Shown here: piece by piece, positions 26,685-39,552 of the stretch
Layout: the number at the start of each line of letters is the position of its first letter
Numbering within the stretch: the first letter of the stretch is position 1
Origin: Octopus bimaculoides
Taxonomy: Eukaryota
DNA length: 64,000 bases
Direction: 5' to 3'
Assembly (NCBI RefSeq): GCF_001194135.2
Contig: NC_068983.1
Location: 30,731,253-30,795,252 of the forward strand
Translations under genes and position numbers: made by a program
Notes under the pieces: model-generated
Databases searched by the model: none
Told to the model about the DNA's origin: nothing
Seen by the model: the letters and a program-made list of their open reading frames with translations, nothing else

Positions 26685-26850
26685 GGAGGGGTTGGCGTTG
26701 GGAAAGGGCATCCAGCTGTAGAAACTCTGCTAGATCAGATTGGAGTCTAGTGTAGCCATCTGCTTTGCCAGTCCCCAGTCAAATCGTCCAACCCATGCTA
26801 GCATGGAAAGCAGACATTAAACAATGATGATGATGATGATGATGATGATG
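26685..26850 (+). mobile_element. RTE-LINE 3' tail fragment
   Basis: Matches 5545-5710. Confidence 0.85.
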
Positions 26851-26884
26851 ATATATATATATATATATATTCACATAGTAGAAT

Positions 26885-27050
26885 CAGGGTTGGCTCAAGT
26901 TACCAGCAATTCAGGAAGTCGCCTGGGGTGCCATGTGCTAGGGGGTGCCAAGGAGGGTATGACAAAGACAAAGAAATTCCCACAACTGTCAGCTTGTACA
27001 CACTGAAGTTCAGCTTGCCCGGGGTGCCAGCAACCCTAGGGCTGGCCCTG
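26885..27050 (+). mobile_element. hAT-type MITE
   Basis: 8-bp TSD agtagaat (26877-26884, 27051-27058); imperfect TIR cagggttggc / gctggccctg; three subterminal ggggtgcca motifs. Confidence 0.8.
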
Positions 27051-27073
27051 AGTAGAATAAGAAATAATGGTAC

Positions 27074-27384
27074 AGTATTATATATTTGAAAAAAAAATGA
27101 ATAGAAATGGCTTTTCTGATAATTTTTCCACTTTAATAATTAGATAGTGGAAAAATTATCAGAAAAGTAATTTCTATTCATTTTTCCAAATATCATCATC
27201 CTCATCATCATTTAACATCCTCTCTCTATGCTGGCATGGGTTAAAGAGTGGACGTTAAATGATGATGATATCGGAAAGAATGAATAAAAATGGTTTATCT
27301 GATAATTTTGACACATCAATATTTAGATAGGGGAAAAATTATCAGGAAAGGTGTTTCTATTTATTTTTTCAAATATATAATACT
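27074..27384. repeat. Two copies of a ~110-bp AT-rich hairpin flanking an RTE-tail-derived inverted repeat
   Basis: ttttctgataatttttccact (27112-27132) is the exact reverse complement of agtggaaaaattatcagaaaa (27146-27166); diverged second unit at 27271-27375. Confidence 0.85.
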
Positions 27385-27442
27385 TCACCAAGGTTTTTCT
27401 ATTTCTTATTCTACTATATATTAATGTGTGTGTGTGTGTATG

Positions 27443-27491
<49 letters not shown>

Positions 27492-27509
27492 ATTATTGTT
27501 TTATTTCAG

Positions 27510-27540
27510 CAAATATTGGAAGCAATTCTAGAATCACAAA
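27510..27540 (+). CDS. Candidate micro-exon QILEAILESQ (phase 0-1)
   Basis: attgttttatttcag acceptor, A|gtaaat donor; phase-compatible with 28469. Confidence 0.15.
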
Positions 27541-28468
27541 GTAAATGTACAAGATTATATGATCGTTGGTGTAGAAAAATAGAATTGTCTTGAGAATGAA
27601 TAACTGAGAGTTGTTCTCTGCATGTAACCCTTAAAGAGTGAAATGCTTGTCCTTTTCAAAAGAAATCCCCAAAATTTAAGTTATCAAGCATTTAAAATTA
27701 TTTCTCCATTGAATGATAATGTTTTTAACTCCTTCTGGGAGATAATTTCAATCAATGTAGAAGGGCCTTGAAATAGATGTAGGGAGAGTGTTTGGTATGA
27801 GAGTAAAAATGGTGCACTGGGATTAGAAATATAAAATAGAGTAGATTTATAGATACCCACTAAAAAATACATTGTGGTCATGGCTGGAATGTCTTTGATC
27901 ATAGGTTTGCATGGTCAGAGACATGGGGCCAAACAACAACCACCCAATAAGTCCTAACATTGGTACAAGGCCATACATTTTAGGCAAGGGTCAAGCAAAT
28001 TTAATTAACATCATTACCTGATTGGGATATACTTCTACTACAGCCCCTGCAGGAATGAAAAGCAAAGCTAACATCACTATGATTTGAACTCAGAAAATAA
28101 AATCTTAAATCAAGAAGCCAGAAATTCTGCTCATGTTGTACAGCTGATAATATGAATGGTAAAGTTGTCCCAGACAAGATCTGAACTCAGAACATAGGAG
28201 CTTGTAATTAAATAGCATGCTGAAACAAGTGGAAAATAAAATCAATAAACAATGAAATAGAGAAATAAATCCCTATAAATCATTCCATTATTTTCTTCTT
28301 TTTATATTACCATTTCTTGTTTAAGTTTGCTGCTCAAATTTCTGTTTAATTTTGCCATTAATCAACACATAAGCACAGCCAAACCTCTTTCATTGCCTAT
28401 TGATTTCTTCCACTAGTGTTTTTGTAAGGAACAGATGGTGCATCAGTAAAAATACTGATAGATTTCAG

Positions 28469-28566
28469 ACCTTAATGTTTTGCCAGTAGAAAGGGTGACA
28501 TCTGTTGTTATTGGCAACAGTAGCAGCCAATTAAATGCTAGACACTGTGGTTGTTGGATAGCATTG
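28469..28566 (+). CDS. Candidate exon (phase 1-0), LNVLPVERVTSVVIGNSSSQLNARHCGCWIAL; product unknown
   Basis: atttcag acceptor, TTG|gtaagt consensus donor, 98 nt open. Confidence 0.25.
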
Positions 28567-28904
28567 GTAAGTTGACTGGTGTTATGTCATCATAGCCAAG
28601 TAAATGTTAATTAGGAATTCAGATACTTAACAGTCCAGATATGGCCTTGTTTTCTATCAAATATTAATATTATATTACTGGTACTTTATACCTCAGGGAA
28701 CTGAAATAAAATTCAATTGTTGTTGTTTGGCTCATCTGGCCCAGACAGGCCTGTTTGAGTAAATCTGTAATAAAAAAGAGTTCCAGTAGTGCCCAGCCTC
28801 ATTTTCTTTTATTTCTGACATAATGAATCAAGAATTATATTACCAAGCCCCACAGGCCGTAGTTATGGGCAAATTGTGGCCCAAAAGGCTTTCTGAATGG
28901 TGTT

Positions 28905-29300
28905 CTTTTATCCTTTTACTTGTTTCAGTCATCTGACTGTGGCCATGCTGGAGCACCATTTTAAAGGGTTTTTAGTCAAAGAAATCAACTCCAGGACTTA
29001 TTCTTTGTAAACCTTGTACTTATTCTATCGGTTCATTTTGCCGAACCACTACAGTACAAGAATGCAAGCACACCAATACCAGTTGTCAAGCAATGGTGGT
29101 GGGGGTCACACACAGATATATATACATGTATATATAAATGATGATCTTCTGTCAGTTTCTGTTTACAAAGTCCACTTACAAGGCTTTGGTTAGTCAAAGG
29201 CTACAGTAGAAGAGACTTGCCCAAGGTGCCATGCAGAGAGACTGAATCTGGAACCATATGGTTGGGAAGCAAGCTTCTCACAACACAGCCATGCCGACAC
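28905..29300 (-). mobile_element. SINE family B, diverged
   Basis: Reverse-complement homology to 23892-24311. Confidence 0.8.
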
Positions 29301-29568
29301 CTAACAAAAAAAAAATTGTCGTGAATTTGTTTAGCAATGTGATTTGCCTGATGAGCCACGTCTCATTTGGCTTGCTTCACAAAAAAGTTGCCAATGCCAT
29401 TTGAGGGAGTTTTGAAGTTATTTCCTTTAAATCAAGTAACCATGAAGAGGCTTTCTCATTGGCTCTGTATAGTTGTCCAGCTTGCTAGAAACTGTAGCCC
29501 AAAAGTTGAAGTTTGTTTTAGTAGAATTCAGCTTTTCAAACTGTCAATTGACATAATATGAACCTATT

Positions 29569-29947
29569 GTTGGCATTCTGTCGCTTACGACGTCGAGGGT
29601 TCCAGTTGATCCGATCAACAGAACAGCCTGCTCATGAAATTAACGTGCAAGTGGCTGAGCACTCCACAGACATGTGTACCCTTAACGTAGTTCTCAAGGA
29701 TATTCAGCATGACAGTGTGACAAGGCTGACCCTTTGAATTACAGGCACAACAGAAACAGGAAGTAAGAGTGAGAGAAAGTTGTGGTGAAAGAGTACAACA
29801 GGGTTCGCCACCATCCCCTGCCAGAGCCTCGTGGAGCTTTAGGTGTTTTCGCTCAATAAACACTCACAACACCCGGTCTGGGAATCAAAACCGCTATCCT
29901 ATGACCGCGAATCCACTGCCCTAACCACTGGGCCATTGCGCCTCCAC
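29569..29947 (-). mobile_element. Full-length SINE family D
   Basis: Perfect 14-bp TSD aatatgaacctatt (29555-29568, 29948-29961); inverse of 12681-13063. Confidence 0.9.
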
Positions 29948-30654
29948 AATATGAACCTATTACTGAATGTCCAACTGTTTTGTATGAGATCTTGTCAAAT
30001 CATGTTTGGCCTTTTTGTTTTTTTAAAGTAACTTCTAGCAAAGAGGAAAATAACTAACGATAAAACAGCCATCGAGCAACCATAGAGATATTTCGGGAGT
30101 TACAAAAGAAAATGAAAGAAGTAAAGAACCATAGAGCAATCATCATGGGATTTAAAAGCATCAAGATCACATTTATCTGGACTAAAAGAATAAAGAGGAA
30201 GGCGATCCATAAGACAGATAGATGAATCTACTTGAGGAGAAGACTACAGCATTGAAAAGGATGAATATTCAGGAAGTACAATGAAAAAGTTCTTGTGGTT
30301 TGATTAGTAGCTACGTTGGGTGGCTTACTTGGAACATTAGCACAACTTATGATATATGATATCATATGATGTTAATAGAAGTGGTAATGCTTTGTTTGTT
30401 AAATGCTGCTTTTTGTCTACTGAAAAATTAATCCATTATTTTACAGCTCCAACTTTCTTAGGTTTTATAAAAGTAAAATTTTGGAAATGCTTATGAACAC
30501 TGTCTGCTCTCACTGACCATTGTGTTATATGTACAGCTTAAACATAACATACAGCTCTACTTGTTATAATATATCTTATCTGGTGCCTCTCAAAGACAGT
30601 TGTACGAAGTGATGCAATGTTGGACATATTACTCCACAGATCATCACCATTCTG

Positions 30655-30853
30655 ATCATTTAATCATCATCATTATCATTATTTAACGTCCACTTTTCCA
30701 TGCTTGCATGGGTCAGATGGAATTTGTTGAGGCAGGTTTTCTATAGCAAGATAATATTTACTCATAGCTAGATACGTTTTTTTCCATGGAGACTTGAAAT
30801 GAACAATATCCCTTATATAACAGTGATGCTCGTCACATGATGTCAAGGGAAGG

Positions 30854-30856
<3 letters not shown>
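30655..30856 (-). mobile_element. RTE-tailed element family F
   Basis: catttaacgtccacttttccatgcttgcatggg tail, family F body. Confidence 0.7.
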
Positions 30857-30926
<70 letters not shown>

Positions 30927-30980
30927 NNNNNNNNNNNNNNNNNNNNNNNNNNNNNNNNNNNNNNNNNNNNNNNNNNNNNN

Positions 30981-31027
<47 letters not shown>

Positions 31028-31170
31028 CACACAATGGGCTTCTTTCAGTTTCTGTCTACCAAATCCACTTACAAGGTCTTGGTCAGTCTGGGGCTACAGA
31101 AGAAAACTCTACCTGCTCTTATCAAATTAAAAGGGGGTCCAAAGTTCAGATTTTATTATTAGCACCCCTG

Positions 31171-31608
31171 AAGTGGGTGAGCTGGCAGAAACTTTAGCAT
31201 GCTGGGCAAAATGCTTAGCAGTATTTTGTCTGCCGTTATGTTTTGGGTTCAAATTCTGCCGAGGTCAACTTTGCCTTTCATCCTTTCAGGGTCGATAAAT
31301 TAAGTACCAGTTACGCACTGGGGTCGATGTAATCGACTTAATACCTTTGTCTGTCCTTGTTTGACCCCTCTATGTTTAGCCCCTTGTGGGCAATAAAGAA
31401 ATAAGAAACCTTAGCACACCATGCAAAATGCTTAGTGGCATTTCGTCCCTCTTGATATTCTGAGTTCAAATGCAGCTGGTGTCGACTTTGCCTTTCATCC
31501 TTTTTCTGGCGGGGGTCAATAAAATAAGTACCAGTTGAGCACTGGGGTCGATGTAATTTATATACGCTCTCCCTCAAAGTTGCTAGCCTTCTGCCAAAAT
31601 TTGAAACC
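31171..31608 (+). mobile_element. Dimeric/nested family A SINE (A1 plus A3)
   Basis: Composite flanked by 16-bp TSD attattagcac(c/t)cctg (31155-31170, 31609-31624). Confidence 0.85.
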
Positions 31609-32334
31609 ATTATTAGCACTCCTGTTTCAACTATAACTGTTCAGCCTTCCCTTGGGCATTGCATATAAAGGCTACATAATTTTATATGTCCAACCCATTT
31701 TTGAGAGAACAGGATGTAATGTGAGAGAGATTAAACTGCTAATTCTAGTGAGTGAAGTGACCATGTAGTAGTTCCCCCTGTAAATTTGTGAACCTTGTAT
31801 AGTATAACTTGTACCTCTGAATATGATACATAACTCTATGTAACAGATTCATTACACCAGTGAAAGCAATCTCTATAAAGTGAAAGGCAAAATAAACTTA
31901 ATATTTAGTTACGTCCATTTATGCCCAGAGTTCAAATCTCCAAGGCCAACTTTACCTTTCATCTTTGTGAAGTTGATGTAATGAATTACCAATCAGCTGC
32001 TGGGGTCAATTCAATCAACTGAAAATAATAATAATAATAACGGTGTCTTCCAGGATTGTTTAAGCGAAAAGCTAAACCAAGAATTCTAAATCAATCTTTA
32101 GTTACTGTCTGCACTTTAAGGTCAAATGAGGGTGTGAAACCCAGTGGTTAGAATATTATTGTAAAGAGCAAAACGCACAGGTATTATTAGCTTTGGAAAA
32201 CATAATAATGGAACAATGCCACACAAGTTTTATAATTGATGGGATACGTGGCACATCTATCATTGTGTTTGACATAAGTTGACAGAAACAAAAAATCCTA
32301 CCCTTCAAATTTGCAGCCTTGTCTTATGATAGAA

Positions 32335-32645
32335 ATCGATATTCTATGTACATACATACGTACATACACAGACATACATACATATACACACTTATACCAC
32401 ATAGACACATATATATACACATACATACATACATACATTTATATACATATATATATTTATACATACAAACATATGTACATTTATATATACACATACATAT
32501 GTATATACATATACATATATAGATATATATATACATATATGTATATATATACATATACATACACAAGCATACATATATATATGTATACACACACACACAC
32601 ATACGTACATGCACATGTGTATGTATGTAGGTATGTGTGTATATA
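32335..32645. repeat. Compound (TA)/(CA)/(TACA) low-complexity tract
   Basis: Read directly; explains five overlapping spurious ORFs. Confidence 0.95.
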
Positions 32646-32878
32646 TAAAATCAATAAATGCAAATTTGCTTTTAAAAGAATTACATGATTACTTCTATGT
32701 TTCTATGTTTATATTATTTTTATTTTAAAATAGGGCAAAAAGAAAACCAAAAAAAAAACCCACTATGGAACTAATTCCAAATCAGTGATGCTAAATAAAC
32801 AGTAGAGTTATAAATATATCTGTATCTATCTGTAATTCCAAGCTGTTTAGTTCACTGAGTAAGTAATATATTCTTTCA

Positions 32879-33276
32879 CCTTTTGGCATTTAAACTAACC
32901 ATATCTGACCCAAATATTCTGCTAATTTTAAATTCAAGCCAGCAAAATCTGTCCTCTTACACATAACCTACACTGTCATTCTAAAATTAAACAATCTCAT
33001 CCTCAAAATCTCGAAGTTATGATATTCTTTTATTCTTTTATTCTTTTAATTGTTTCAGTCATTTGACTGTGGCCATGCTGGAGCACCGTCTTTAGTCGAG
33101 CAAATCAATCCCGAAACTTATTCTTTGTAAGCCTAGTACTTATTCTATCGGTCTCTTTTGCTGAACAGCGAATTCACAGGAACATAAACACCCCCATCAT
33201 CTGTTGTCAAGTGGTGTTAGGGGGACAAACACAGACACACAAATATATACCACACACATATAAACACACACACACA

Positions 33277-33344
<68 letters not shown>

Positions 33345-33591
33345 CATACGACGGGCTTCTTTCAGTTTCTGTCTACTAAATCCACTCACAAAGCTTTGAT
33401 CAGCCCGAGGCTATAATAGAAGACACTTGCCCAAGATACCACACAGCTGGACTGAACCCAGAACCATGTGGTTGATAAGCAAGCTACTTACCACACAGCC
33501 ACTTCTGTGCCTATATATAATGCATGATTAATTAAAAACAATGTGAATAAATAAGCATTATATTCGACAGAATAATCTGAATGCTAAAGGG
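32879..33591 (+). mobile_element. piggyBac-like MITE interrupted by a minus-strand family B SINE (33025-33513)
   Basis: Flanks join into a homologue of 48816-49042; right end atgctaaaggg-TTAA. Confidence 0.8.
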
Positions 33592-33764
33592 TTAACTTTT
33601 GGTATATTAAGTTTAATGATTCTTAATCTTTTTAATAACATTGTACATGGGATAATTTCTGATTTGACAATGCAAGACCTCATGTATTAAAGTGTTTATA
33701 CTTAAATTAACATGATTGTCTAATCAAGCAGTATTAGTTAATTATTATTAGATGTTATTAAGAT

Positions 33765-34218
33765 ATGAGCTGGCAGAATTGTTAGAATGTGGTGAGCTGG
33801 CAGAAACGTTAGCACGCTGGGCGAAATGCTTAGCAGTATTTTGTCTGCCGCTACGTTCTGAGTTCAAATTCCGCCGAGGTCAACTTTGCCTTTCATCCTT
33901 TCGGGGTCGATTAAATAAGTACCGGTTACGCATTGGGGTCGACATAATTGACTTAGTCCGTTTGTCTGTCCTTGTTTGTCTTCTCTGTGTGTAGCCCCTT
34001 GTGGGCAGTAAAGAAATAAGAATTGTTAGAATGCCTGACGAAGTGCTACCAGTATTTTGTCCATCTTCACATTCTGAGTTAAAATTCTGTTGACATTGAC
34101 TTTGCCTTTCATCCTTTTGGGGTCAATGAAATAAGTACCAGTTGTGCACTGGGGTCGATGTAGTCGACTATTCCCCTGCCACAAATTTCTGGCCTTATGG
34201 CTATAGTAGAAAGGATTA
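33765..34218 (+). mobile_element. A1 SINE (33790-34018) inserted into the head of an A2 SINE
   Basis: Perfect 15-bp TSD agaattgttagaatg (33775-33789, 34019-34033). Confidence 0.88.
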
Positions 34219-35818
34219 TTAGGTGTTATTATTGTTTAACTATTTTGTTATCATATTTCTGTTCAAATACTCTGCCTCAGTTACTGTTAATTTTTAAAAT
34301 AATGAAGAATTTTAAAGAAATAACTGTAATTAAAAAGCTGATAATGTAAAACGATGATGATGACATATATACATATATACATACATGATTTAACATATAA
34401 ACACAGCTATAATACATAAGTAAATATATTTATTTGTGTGCATGACCTAATAAATATTGATCAATAAAATATATCCTAGACTAAAATAGGTACTGGAGTT
34501 GATATGGTCATGTAAAATCTTTGAATGTGGTGTCCCAACATGGCCACAGTCCAATGAACCCAAATCCATAAAAGAAATAAAAAAACCAAAACAAATGAAA
34601 CACCTATCTCTTATACATTGGAAGTTTGGTTAAGATAGGATTAAGTAACCCAAATCATAGTAATCACTATGTTTTTAGCTGAGTTTCACATTCTCCCCTC
34701 TAGCCATTCGATATCTTCCAGCACGGCACTAATATCAGCTACTAATATATCGACCTCAATACACTGATCAATATCTATCACGGATAAAGATAGGTGAAAT
34801 ACTCCATCACAAAAATACATAAATAAATAAATAAATAAATAAATGAAGAAAAAACGCACCATAAACAGTTATAAACAAATAAAAGACCTCTGAAGAAAAA
34901 CGAATGTAAAACTATTAAGGAGGGAAAAGAAGAAGAAATGGTAAAAATCTTTAAATCTTTTTCTATTCTAAGTATCTTTGTTGAAATGATGCTGCATTGA
35001 ATTTCTTGCTTTTATTTTTCTTTCTTTCTTTCTTTTTTTTTTGGGGTAAGACAAAGGCAAAAGATGTTGTGAAGGAGGTGGTATCAAGTTGAGATGAAAA
35101 CAGACCCATAAACAATGGAATTAGCTTGACATAGTTGCAGCAACACAGAGCCATCCATATATAGTTATTATTTCCAGTTCTGATATCATAGATATTCAAT
35201 TACAATAGTGATGATATAAAGTGACCTTTATTGAACTGAGAGCTATAACTGAATCATTGGCAGCAGAACTAAGGAGAGTGGTTGCATACAAAAACTCTCC
35301 AAGAGAAATTTAAGAGGGAATAATATTGAGCAGAAAGGTTACAATGATGATGATGAGACCAAGGATGACAATGACGGTGAGGACGACAATGATAGGACGG
35401 TAATGATGATGATGATGAAGATGACGATGATGGTGAGAACAACAATGACAATGAGAATTCTATTGATTCTTTTGAGTAGTTTTTGAAATGCTACTTTGAA
35501 TATTGATTGCTTGTTTCCAACTGAGAAGAACTCGATGATTAAAAGGTTGTAAAGATTATAATCTAAGTAAACAGTTAAACTATTTGAAAATATCGAATTT
35601 CTGGACAAAAACCTTATTATTAATAGTTTTAAACAATTAAAGAGAAAGTAGGAAAGAAAAAAAATGGGAAAAGAAAAATTGCAGTCAGAAATATTACTAA
35701 GATGATAAATTATCTCTGATTTGTTAAAATCCTTTTCTAGCCTCAGCAGATTTGGTGGATATTATAAACAAATTAGCAATATTGACCTCAACATTATGAT
35801 ATAGTGCTGAAATATGAA

Positions 35819-35849
<31 letters not shown>

Positions 35850-35885
35850 ACTGAAACAAATGAAAGAATAAAAGAATGTATATAG

Positions 35886-35925
<40 letters not shown>

Positions 35926-36092
35926 CTATCTATCTATCTATCTTCACTTATACATTTCAGTTTAACTGTTTCTGCTATAACAGGCAGTACATTCAGAATT
36001 GAGTGCTTATGCAACATCGTATAGTTTCTTCAGAGCCAGTTTAAAGTGATTACAATAACTCCTGTTCTTTTGTCATTCATTTATTCATTCAG

Positions 36093-36147
<55 letters not shown>

Positions 36148-36715
36148 GCCTGCCCTGAAAATTCTTTTCTGTCACTTGCAAAACTGATTTAGGAAAATTC
36201 AAGTCAATGAGGAAGTTTCTACATGCGACTAATGTGCTAGAAATAGCAGACAAATCTCTGTTATATCACACTAGACTCTTTTGATCATAGGTCTGTTGAA
36301 TTAGAACCAGCCTGGGGCTAAATAAATAAATATGAAAGCAACAGCAGCATTTAGAAGACACAGCAAATTATGTGGCAAAATCAGCATCTCTACATGGAAT
36401 ATTGTAGACGCAATCTTCTGATATACATTGCAAAATGTGTATGGACATGTCACCATCTGTAAGTATGTAAAGATATGTGAATTATGCATATGTGATTGTG
36501 TTTAAGAATGTATATGTAGATGTGTATGTGTGTAAGAGAGAGATAGAGAGAAGATGAGAGTGAGAGGGATATCAGTGATGCTAAATAATGTAAAATGCTG
36601 TGTTATCATATTTAGTATGTAACACAGAATGAATTAAAGAGACTATTGAAGCTGGAGAATGTAGATTCCTTACTTCAAAGGAGGATGCTTCAAATAGTGT
36701 GTTTGCTTGTGTGTA

Positions 36716-36773
<58 letters not shown>

Positions 36774-36776
36774 AGG

Positions 36777-36831
<55 letters not shown>

Positions 36832-37322
36832 TGTGCATGCAATTTCAAAGCCCTCCATACACTTTCACAAATGTATTATCCAGTTTACAGCAAGTAGAAC
36901 AAAAATCCGTTTAGCAATGGTTGATAAATTCTTAATTTGGGATAGGTAAAACAGCCTGAGATAAACTATGCTCTATGGAGTAGATTTCTAGGAAAATAGG
37001 AAGAAAGAATTCTGAATGTAAGCATGTAATATAGCAAATGAGAATGGAGAAAAAACTACTCCGTGATAACACATTGCAATAGAGGAATGATATTAGCTAC
37101 AAATACAACCTTATTACATTATATACATTATTTCACAATCCTACTGCATAGAGATTTCAGCTTGTAGTTCTGTAATTTTTGCTTCTACAGTTAACTCAGG
37201 TTTTAAACTTAATTCATCATTCAGTTTAACACCACTGCCTGGCACTTAGGGGCCTCTAGCAAAGTTTCACCCAGTTACAAGCATTCTGGACAAGGTCTCA
37301 ACTTTCTTTCTCAACCTCTCAC

Positions 37323-37378
37323 TTTTCTTGGGGGTTCTGAAAAGGCTTGTGGATGTTGCCATTTTGCCTTCATCTGAA
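37323..37378 (-). CDS. Candidate minus-strand exon (QMKAKWQHPQAFSEPPRK or SDEGKMATSTSLFRTPKK)
   Basis: gtttttttcttacag acceptor, AAA|gtgaga donor, two frames open; strand conflicts with the plus-strand candidates. Confidence 0.15.
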
Positions 37379-38524
37379 CTGTAAGAAAAAAACTTTAGCT
37401 TCTATTTTGTATTTGTCAACCAGAGGGAGCTATCAGGCAGAATGACATACTCTGTAGTTGAATATGAAAAAGATAGATTTGAGTGCTGTCTTGTTATTAA
37501 TGCCAACGAAACATTGAAATTTGTAAAATTAAATATTCCATTCCAACTAGATATACTGTCTGGCAAAATTGTTAGCACACCAGAAAACTTGCTTAGTAGC
37601 ATTTTGCCTGGCTTTATAATCTGAGTTCAAAATCCAGCAAGGTAAATTTTGTTTTTCATCCTTTCAGGATCAATAGTGTAAGGTATCAGTTAACTACTAG
37701 TGTTGATTTAATTGACAGACCCTTTCCCCAACATTTGAGGCTTTGGACCTGTGTTAGAAAGTATCCTAAGTGTAGGGAATTCACTGAATCATTAGAGCAT
37801 CAGACCAAATGCCTTTGCAGTAGGTGTTCTGGCTCTTTGCATTCTGAGTTCAAATTCTACTTAGATAAGCTTTGCTCTTATCATTTCAGATTTGATAAAT
37901 AAAATATCATTCAAATACTGGGGTTGATTTAAGTAACATACTACTCCCCACCAAATTTCTGGCCCGGCACTTACGTAAAAATCATCATCATTATCATTAC
38001 TATTGCTATTATTAACTGTGCCATCCTAAATTAGCTGTGGAGAATTTCTTCTCTGAAGGAATGTAAGAATATTAACTACATCGTAATAATGAAAGCCATC
38101 AGTTACACTAACAAGATCTTCCATAAAATGCCCAGTTCCTTCATTCTTGAATGATTCATCAAAACAGAAAAGCAATGTATTTAATTTCACTATAATCTAA
38201 AGCTGATAAAACGCTCTGATTACACAATTTTATCTTACACTTTTCCAAGCAAGAACTTAATATTATCTGTAGTCAGAGTCATTTGGTTTCTAGTTAGAGA
38301 GCCTGAATGAAGTATAAACACATATGGATACAAAACATTCAGGCGGGGTCCCTATTAAATCATGGTTTTATGTAAAACTTCTCTCAAGAGTGCCAACTAT
38401 ACAAGGAAGGGATGGTGATGGGGTGAGAAATTCCAAAACTGATCACTGATATATACTAAGTTCCATCCTGAGAAATTCTCTAAACAAACACCTTTTAGTT
38501 CTTTATTTCTTTACATTCTTTTAG

Positions 38525-38584
38525 CCATCACAGTCAAGTTCCTGCTGCAGTACTTGGTACATTCAGTTTTTAACAGAAGTGAAA
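38525..38584 (+). CDS. Candidate 60-nt symmetric exon (ITVKFLLQYLVHSVFNRSE or PSQSSSCCSTWYIQFLTEVK)
   Basis: Long pyrimidine tract ttctttatttctttacattcttttag, AAA|gtaaga donor. Confidence 0.3.
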
Positions 38585-39148
38585 GTAAGAAAACCTGCTG
38601 GTGTTATGTTTGGGAGTTAACGATAAAAAAAGCATATTTCCTTTCATCAGTGCTTCCAGTTATTAATTAATTATGACTTCCATATTTATTTCATTTGATG
38701 TTCAACAGATGTTTCCTTGAAAATGAAATGAAACGAAACTAAATGGCGAGTGTATATACTGACAACCCAATATTACTGAATTTAACACTTCTTGTTCACA
38801 CTGTTATGCAATTCTATTTGATATCGAAGTTATCAACCATCCCACATGCAAACTGTTATACACATCTATAATAGAAAGGAAACATATAATCATGTAGTTA
38901 AGAAGTTTGCTTTGCAACCAAATGGCTCCATGTTTGATGCTAATAATGCATGGCACCTTCGGTGTGTCTCTGCTGCAGCAGCATCAAGTTAACTAATACC
39001 TTATCAGTGAAATTTCGTTGTAGAGAACTGTGCAGAAGCCTACCAAGCTCACTTTGCAACCGTATTGTTATGGATTCAGTCCCACTGTATGCACCTTGGG
39101 TAAATGTCTTCAACTACAAACCAAGAGCAACCAATGCCTTGTGAGTGA

Positions 39149-39200
<52 letters not shown>

Positions 39201-39446
39201 TCGACTTAATCCTTCTGTCTGTCCTTGTTTGTCCCCTCTATGTTTAGCCCCTTGTGGGCAATAATGAAATAAGAAATGTTATTTTACTGATCAAAATTAA
39301 TCAAGGTACTGTATGAATTCCATTGTTGTTTTACTAATTGAGAAACTGTTATATTGCAATATAACAGTGGCGACGAGGATTTCGTAGCTCACACGTTAAT
39401 GATTTCAAATTTTGGCACAATGCCAGAAATTTTAAGGGTGTGGAAA

Positions 39447-39552
39447 TGTTACTGGTGTAGCCATCCGGTTGCACCAGTCCTCAGTCAAATCGTCCAACCC
39501 ATGCTAGCATGGAAAGCGGACGTTAAACGGTGATGATGATGATGATGATGAT
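39447..39552 (+). mobile_element. RTE-LINE 3' tail fragment
   Basis: Near-identical to 5600-5710. Confidence 0.85.

Noticed and set aside
29348-29371. CTGATGA followed by a gcca/tggc stem
   Set aside because: No GAAA box follows.
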